Origin: Candidatus Latescibacterota bacterium
GTDB lineage: Bacteria; Latescibacterota; UBA2968
Assembly: GCA_965204745.1 (NCBI GenBank)
Contig: OZ242010.1
Span: 3,968,001 to 4,032,000, forward strand
DNA: 64,000 nucleotides
Reading direction: 5' to 3'
Made by a program: the position numbers and the translations under genes. Positions 58,379-64,000 of this stretch are shown piece after piece. Each line of letters starts with the position of its first letter. Position 1 is the stretch's first letter. The notes beneath the pieces are model-generated. The model was given only the letters and a program-made list of their open reading frames with translations. It searched no databases and was not told the origin of the DNA.

Positions 58379-59554
58379 GGCGTTGTTGCATAAATGTTGT
58401 CGTGGCTAAGTTCGTCCCTTTCCCGCGAGATTTAAGCCCCTCTTTCTATGGGATAGGACACGGGTTTCGCGATCCTCATCATGCGATTGAGCACCGCACA
58501 TCCCAACCGCGCTTCCGTTTCTTGGTTCTTCTGATTTCGCGCGCGCAACTGCCGCCCAATGAGTTGCTTGTACCGGCCTATGTGGGTTTCAACGACCGAG
58601 CGACGATGATAGCCACTGGTGCGTTTCCACTGTCGGCGGCCTTGACGCCGGATGGCTCGGATGATTTCATCGCGGGCGAGGGGGGGTGCCTTCCTGTTTC
58701 CGTGTTGTTCAATTTTGGCATCATGGCGCGGGGGAATCAGAGGTCGGATGGGGGCTCCTTGTTTGGGGGCGGCGCATGTGTTGAAGACCTTGCGTTTGTC
58801 ATAGCCGCCATCGGCGCCCAGCGTATGGACAGGGGCCGGGACTTGATCGAGCAAGGGGTTGACCTGCCAAGCGTCATCAACGCTTGCCGAGGTCAGGGTC
58901 TGTGCGACAATCTCCCCGGTGGCCTCATCGACGCCGATGTGCAATTTGCGCCAAGTCCGGCGCTTGCAAAAGCCGTGTTGACGCACCTTCCATTCGCCTT
59001 CGCCATACACTTTCAGGCCGGTAGAATCCACCACCAAGTGGATCGGCTCGTGACGGGATTGGACAGGTAAATCCACATTCAAATCGCCCTGTCGCCGGCA
59101 GAGGGTCGTGTGATCGGGCACGCGCAAAGCCACCCCCATCAATGCCAGGATGGACTTGAGAAACCCCTCGGTTTGACGCAGGGGCAAGGCATAGACCAAG
59201 CGCACCATCAACGCCGTTTGAATAGCCAAATCTGAAAAGGTGTTTTGCCTCCCCCGTTGCGTTGGCCCTTGATGGTACCACCCCCGAAGGGCTTGCGGCG
59301 TGATCCAAAACGTCAGACTGCCCCGCTGCTTGAGACCGGCCTCGTAGGCCGCCCAGTTCCGGACCCGATAGACAGGCGCACAGCGCGGGCGACGCGGGGA
59401 CTTGACAGCGGTCAGGGAAGCGGTTATCTTGGGCATGACAGGTTCCTGGTGAGAAAGGGTGAGTGGTTTCGGTGCTCTATATGCCCAATCTACGAAGGAG
59501 CCTGTCTTTTTGCAATCCCAACTTGCAGGAAATTGCTATTTATGCAACAACGCC
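58379..59554 (-). mobile_element. IS5-family, IS903-group insertion sequence (1176 bp)
   Basis: Perfect 17-bp TIR ggcgttgttgcataaat; gttgtcagt on both sides (9-bp TSD-compatible). Confidence 0.93.
58432..59436 (-). CDS. IS5 (IS903-group) DDE transposase
   Basis: NWAAYEAGLKQRGSLT, VDSTGLKVYGEGEW, WRKLH, ADGGYD, YHRRSVVET. Confidence 0.95.
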   Translation of the reverse strand: MPKITASLTAVKSPRRPRCAPVYRVRNWAAYEAGLKQRGSLTFWITPQALRGWYHQGPTQRGRQNTFSDLAIQTALMVRLVYALPLRQTEGFLKSILALMGVALRVPDHTTLCRRQGDLNVDLPVQSRHEPIHLVVDSTGLKVYGEGEWKVRQHGFCKRRTWRKLHIGVDEATGEIVAQTLTSASVDDAWQVNPLLDQVPAPVHTLGADGGYDKRKVFNTCAAPKQGAPIRPLIPPRHDAKIEQHGNRKAPPLARDEIIRAIRRQGRRQWKRTSGYHRRSVVETHIGRYKQLIGRQLRARNQKNQETEARLGCAVLNRMMRIAKPVSYPIERGA

Positions 59555-59591
59555 GTTGTCAGTTGTCAGTTGTCAGTCCCCTCACCGCCCC

Positions 59592-59947
59592 GCCGTGTCT
59601 GAATCGCGGATTAAACGGATTAGGGGATTGCGCGGATTGCCCATCACCGCCCTACCGCAAGCCCTTTCCCCAAGTAAGAGGCAAGAAGTAAGAGGTGAGA
59701 CCGGCCCACAACCCTACCGCCGCTTCGTCCTTCACATCCGCCGCCATAGCCCTATCCCCCCGGCCCCCTTTCCTACGAGGAAAGGGGGAGCGCATGGCTT
59801 TCTTGAAGGGTTGTATCCCTGGCTGTTTTGATGGCTTTGACCGAATGGATCACGCCATGAAAATCCAAAAACCCTTACACACAATCCCTCGCAAAACCTT
59901 TCGCCATTCCCCCTTCCTCTTAGGAAGGGGGCCAGGGGGTAGGTCCC
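59592..59947. repeat. Mosaic intergenic repeat (nonamer unit + heptamer tract + palindromic repeat)
   Basis: Modules shared with 15251-15714, 20790-21016/22304-22352 and 24975-25160. Confidence 0.8.
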
Positions 59948-59951
59948 ACCT

Positions 59952-60022
59952 CGCAAATCCATCTCCATCGGTCACGCGGATGAGAAGCGGTATTATATGG
60001 AGTGTCGGCATTTGGGGATCAG
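59952..60022 (+). repeat. 71-bp duplicate of the DUF1015 gene 3' end
   Basis: Matches 58237-58307 with 3 mismatches. Confidence 0.9.
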
Positions 60023-60140
60023 GGGGCGCGGCTAAAAATCGGATGCGAAAGGCTTGCCACATGTGGGTAAATCCCTTATATTTAATTGTCTGTCAACGGA
60101 CGCTTTCCACCCTTCTAAAGCCCCTCTCAAGAGCCTCCCA

Positions 60141-60608
60141 ATGAACCTGAGCAGTAGCCTCCACAACGACACGGTAAAGCACGTCGATCTCTCGTTTTAC
60201 GTGGAAGTAGAAAAAGACCATCCCGTCGGTCGAGTCATCGCCAAAATGCAGGGCAACCAGCGCAAATGCGCGTTGGTGATGGATCGGGGCAAACTCGTCG
60301 GCATCTTCACGGCGCACGATATTGCGCGGCGCGTGATCGATCAGGCCGAGGTGCTCCGCCAGCCCATCGAGGCGATCATGACCCCGGACCCGCTCACCTT
60401 GCAATCGGACCTCACGCTGATCGAAGCCATTCGCTTGATGGGCGACAAACCCCATCGCTACATGCCGGTTGTGGATGCAGATGGCCGCGTACTAGGCACG
60501 TTGACCCACTATGCGATCATCAAGTACATGAGCGATCACTTTCCCGAAGAAATCTACAACTTACCCCCAACTCCGGACCATTTTGCCAGCGCGCGCGATG
60601 GCGCGTAA
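60141..60608 (+). CDS. CBS-pair protein
   Basis: GKLVGIFTAHDI, IMTPDP, MPVVDADGRVLGTL. Confidence 0.88.
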   Translation: MNLSSSLHNDTVKHVDLSFYVEVEKDHPVGRVIAKMQGNQRKCALVMDRGKLVGIFTAHDIARRVIDQAEVLRQPIEAIMTPDPLTLQSDLTLIEAIRLMGDKPHRYMPVVDADGRVLGTLTHYAIIKYMSDHFPEEIYNLPPTPDHFASARDGA

Positions 60609-60622
60609 CCACAGGAGGATGT

Positions 60623-62503
60623 ATGGTCGAACTCGAAATGGAAGACATAGCAGAATCCGCATTGGGCGAACTCACGGAAATCGAATCGATTGCCATTCGC
60701 TTTGCAGGGGACTCGGGCGACGGCAGCCAACTCATCGGCAAGGAATTTGCCAACACCTCGGTCATTGTCGGCAACGACATCAGCACCCTGCCGGACTTTC
60801 CCGCGGAAATCCGCGCGCCCGCAGGCACCTTGCCCGGGGTGAGTGGGTTCCAAATCCGCATTTCCAGCGAAGACATTTTCACGCCCGGAGACGAGCCGCA
60901 AGTGCTCGTGGCGATGAACCCGGCCGCGCTCAAAGCCAATGTGCAAGATCTGCCAGATGGCGGCATCATCATCGCCAATACGGACAATTTTACGCGCAAC
61001 AACCTCCGCAAGGCGGGCTACGACAGCGACCCGCTCGAAAACCACGCGCTCGCCAATTACCGCGTGGTCAAAGTGCCGCTGACCACCTTGCACAAAGCCG
61101 CTGTCGCGCACGTCGAGGGCCTGACCAATCGGCAAATCGACATGATGAAAAACTTCTTCGCGCTCGGCCTGTCCTACTGGATTTTCGACCGCCCGCTCGA
61201 CCCGACCGTTCGCATGTTGAAAAAGAAGTTCCACGGCAAATCCGAAATCATCGACGGCAATGTGAGCACCCTCAAAGCCGGGTACAATTTTGGCGAAACC
61301 ATGGAGGAATTTCAGGTTCAGTACCGCGTCAAAAAAGCCGCTGTTTCGCCCGGCACGTACCGCGCCATCACCGGCACGCAAGCCACGGCCATCGGCATGG
61401 TCACCGCAGCGCACAAGGCGGGCAAGACCCTGTTTTACGGCAGTTATCCCATCACCCCCGCCAGTGCAGTGCTCGAGGAATTGGCCGCCTTGAAAAATTT
61501 TGACGTGCGAACCTTTCAGGCCGAAGACGAAATCTCCGCCTTGGGATCCGTGATCGGCGCGGCATTTGGGGGCGCGTTTGCCGCCACCGGCACCAGCGGG
61601 CCGGGCATCGCGCTTAAAAGCGAAGCGATGAACCTCGCGCTGATGATGGAATTGCCCTTGGTGATTTGCGATTTTCAGCGCGGCGGCCCCAGCACGGGCA
61701 TGCCCACCAAAACCGAACAGTCGGATCTGCTCCAGTGCATGTTCGGGCGCAATGGCGACAGCCCCATCCCCATCGTGTCGCCTGCAACGCCGTCCGATTG
61801 TTTTGACATGATCATCGAGGCGTTTCGCATTGCGGTCGAAACCATGAGTCCGGTCATTTTCCTGTCGGACGGGTACCTCAACAACAGCGCGGAGCCGTGG
61901 AAAATTCCGGATCCGGACGATATTCCGCCCATTCGGATCGCGCACGCAACCGAGCCCACGGGCTTCATGCCCTATTTGCGAGACGCGAGAACCCTCGCCC
62001 GGACCTGGGCATTGCCGGGCACGCCGGGCCTCGAACACCGGATCGGGGGATTGGGCAAAGAAGACGTGACGGGCAATGTGTCTTACGACCCGGACGACAC
62101 CCAGCACATGGCGAACATCCGCGCAGAACGCCTGACGCGCATCGCGGACCGCATCCCGCTCCAGCACGTCATGGGCCCCAAATCCGGGGCCTTGCTCGTG
62201 CTCGGTTGGGGCTGTACCTATGGCGCGATCCGCTCGGCGGTGCGCCAATCCCGGCAGCAGGGCTATTCGGTTGCCGCGGCGCATCTGCGCTATCTCAATC
62301 CGTTCCCCAAAAACCTGGGCGCGATCCTGTCGCGTTACAAAACCATTCTCGTGCCCGAACTCAACATGGGACAGTTGTCATTGCTGCTCAAGGCGCGATA
62401 CCCCGGGCAGCGGATCGTCCCGTTCAACAAGGTTCAGGGCTTGCCCTTCAAAATTTCAGAACTCGCCGGCAAAATTGCCGAAATTCTGGGCACACAAGCG
62501 TGA
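60623..62503 (+). CDS. korA: 2-oxoacid:ferredoxin oxidoreductase alpha subunit
   Basis: IRFAGDSGDG, YPITPAS, QAEDEI, TSGPG, QRGGPSTGMPTK. Confidence 0.93.
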   Translation: MVELEMEDIAESALGELTEIESIAIRFAGDSGDGSQLIGKEFANTSVIVGNDISTLPDFPAEIRAPAGTLPGVSGFQIRISSEDIFTPGDEPQVLVAMNPAALKANVQDLPDGGIIIANTDNFTRNNLRKAGYDSDPLENHALANYRVVKVPLTTLHKAAVAHVEGLTNRQIDMMKNFFALGLSYWIFDRPLDPTVRMLKKKFHGKSEIIDGNVSTLKAGYNFGETMEEFQVQYRVKKAAVSPGTYRAITGTQATAIGMVTAAHKAGKTLFYGSYPITPASAVLEELAALKNFDVRTFQAEDEISALGSVIGAAFGGAFAATGTSGPGIALKSEAMNLALMMELPLVICDFQRGGPSTGMPTKTEQSDLLQCMFGRNGDSPIPIVSPATPSDCFDMIIEAFRIAVETMSPVIFLSDGYLNNSAEPWKIPDPDDIPPIRIAHATEPTGFMPYLRDARTLARTWALPGTPGLEHRIGGLGKEDVTGNVSYDPDDTQHMANIRAERLTRIADRIPLQHVMGPKSGALLVLGWGCTYGAIRSAVRQSRQQGYSVAAAHLRYLNPFPKNLGAILSRYKTILVPELNMGQLSLLLKARYPGQRIVPFNKVQGLPFKISELAGKIAEILGTQA

Positions 62504-62513
62504 GGAATCCACC

Positions 62514-64000
62514 ATGGCAGACGTCGTTGAAACACTGACTCGCAAAGACCTCGTGTCGGACCAAGAAGTGCGCTGGTGCCCCGGCTGTGGGGACTACGCC
62601 ATTCTCGCGCAAATGCAGCGCGTGTTGCCCGAGTTGGGCATTGCCCGCGAGAACATGGTTTTCGTGTCCGGCATCGGGTGCTCCAGCCGGTTTCCGTATT
62701 ACATGAACACGTACGGCCTGCACACCATTCACGGGCGCGCGGCCACGGTGGCGACCGGTCTCAAGGTCGCCAACCCGGACCTGCACGTTTGGGTGATCAC
62801 CGGCGACGGCGACAGCTTGTCTATCGGCGGCAATCACCTGTTGCATGTGCTGCGCCGCAATGTCAACCTCAGCATCCTTCTCTTCAACAATGCGATCTAC
62901 GGCCTGACCAAGGGGCAGTATTCGCCCACGTCGCCGCCGGGCACGCGCACGTATTCCTCGCCCATGGGGTCCGTGGAACAGGACTTCAACGCCATCTCGG
63001 TTGCCCTTGCCGCCGAAGCCACGTTTGTGGCCCGCACAGTGGATCGCAACACCAAGCACATGGCCGAGATCCTCAAGCGCGCGACCGAACACCGGGGCAC
63101 GTCCTTTATCGAAATTTACCAGAATTGCAATATTTACAATGACGGCGCGTGGTTTTTCGCCACCCAAGCCGACGTCAAGGACGACCAAACCGTGATTTTG
63201 GAACACGACCAACCCCTGATTTTTGGCAAGGACCAGGACAAGGGCATCCGCCTCAATGGCGTGGCGCCCGAGGTCGTTTCTTTGGGCAACGGAGTGCGGG
63301 AAAGCGACTTGCTCGCCCATGACGAGACTCTGGACGATCCCACGCATGCGTATTTGCTCAGCCGGCTCACGCATCCGGACTACCCGGTGCCGCTCGGGGT
63401 GTTCCGCTGTGTGGACCGGCCGATTTACGAGGAACAGGTAGTCGCGCAGTGCCGCCAAGCCGTGGCCGCGCGCGGCGTGGGTGATCTGCACGCCTTGTAT
63501 CACGCGACCGATACGTGGATCGTTCCCGAAGGCCCGAACGCGGAGACCGTGCAAGAAGTCCACGAAGACCTGCCCACGTCCAATATCATTCCGGATATCG
63601 ACGAGGAAGATCCGCGCGCGCCGCGCACGTCGCTTCAGCAGTTGCTCTACGACCCGATCTCGTCGCTCGACTTGCCCATGCCCGAGTGCGCGTCCGCGGA
63701 TACGTCTGTGGCCGAGGCCATCGAGACCATGCGCGAGAAAAACCTGGGTTGCTTGTTGGTGGTTGACAAGCGCGGCTTGTTGCGCGGCATTTTCGCGCAG
63801 GGCGATCTGTTTGAAAAAGTCGCCGGGCGCGATCTGGATCTGCACCAAACGACGGTGCATAGCTTGATGACCAAAGACCCCACGTCGCTCAAGACGTCCG
63901 ATCCCATCGGCCACCTCTTGCACTTGATGTCGTTGCACGGGTTCCGCCACATTCCCATCGTGGATCCAGACGGTCGCCCCGTGGGCCTGGCGTCCTTCAA
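62514..64000 (+). CDS. korB: 2-oxoacid:ferredoxin oxidoreductase beta subunit fused to a C-terminal CBS pair (runs off window end)
   Basis: WCPGCGD, SGIGCSSR, GDGD..NN, YGLTKGQYSPT; frame continues into SVAEAIETMREKNLGCLLVV..LMTKDP..FRHIPIVD. Confidence 0.9.
   Translation, partial: MADVVETLTRKDLVSDQEVRWCPGCGDYAILAQMQRVLPELGIARENMVFVSGIGCSSRFPYYMNTYGLHTIHGRAATVATGLKVANPDLHVWVITGDGDSLSIGGNHLLHVLRRNVNLSILLFNNAIYGLTKGQYSPTSPPGTRTYSSPMGSVEQDFNAISVALAAEATFVARTVDRNTKHMAEILKRATEHRGTSFIEIYQNCNIYNDGAWFFATQADVKDDQTVILEHDQPLIFGKDQDKGIRLNGVAPEVVSLGNGVRESDLLAHDETLDDPTHAYLLSRLTHPDYPVPLGVFRCVDRPIYEEQVVAQCRQAVAARGVGDLHALYHATDTWIVPEGPNAETVQEVHEDLPTSNIIPDIDEEDPRAPRTSLQQLLYDPISSLDLPMPECASADTSVAEAIETMREKNLGCLLVVDKRGLLRGIFAQGDLFEKVAGRDLDLHQTTVHSLMTKDPTSLKTSDPIGHLLHLMSLHGFRHIPIVDPDGRPVGLASF

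Noticed and set aside
62448-63950. 500-aa minus-strand ORF (also 60554..62284, 21267..22280, 54962..56176)
   Set aside because: Antisense shadows of korB, korA and the IS110 recombinases in GC-rich DNA
1-64000. tRNA, rRNA, tmRNA or integrase-bounded prophage
   Set aside because: No recognisable signatures by eye; a covariance-model scan could still find small RNAs I missed

Overview
Bacterial chromosomal window, about 60% GC in genes by eye. The EF-hand/dockerin, YWTD, Calx-beta and WG-repeat surface proteins suggest a Latescibacterota/Gemmatimonadota-like, possibly sponge-associated organism (inference). Gene content: a Psp operon, recJ, a two-domain PPK2, a beta-CASP nuclease, several MFS/oxidoreductase/sulfatase genes, gcvT and korAB. 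Almost every intergenic gap is filled with 7-bp microsatellites and ~190-bp palindromic repeats. Best signals: (1) two diverged IS110 elements whose left-end non-coding regions carry recognisable bridge-RNA guide sets; the donor guides are identical while the target guides co-vary base-for-base with each element's own heptamer-microsatellite insertion site, and the circle junction builds a sigma70-like promoter; (2) IS903-type and other TIR elements also inserted in heptamer tracts; (3) five tandem Uma2 (DUF820) nuclease genes that are near-identical except along one face of a single predicted helix; (4) a plant-type galacturonokinase paired with an NTP-transferase; (5) a KorB-CBS fusion next to a stand-alone CBS gene. 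No rRNA, tRNA or CRISPR array was seen. All family calls are from motif recognition by eye; no database search was run.
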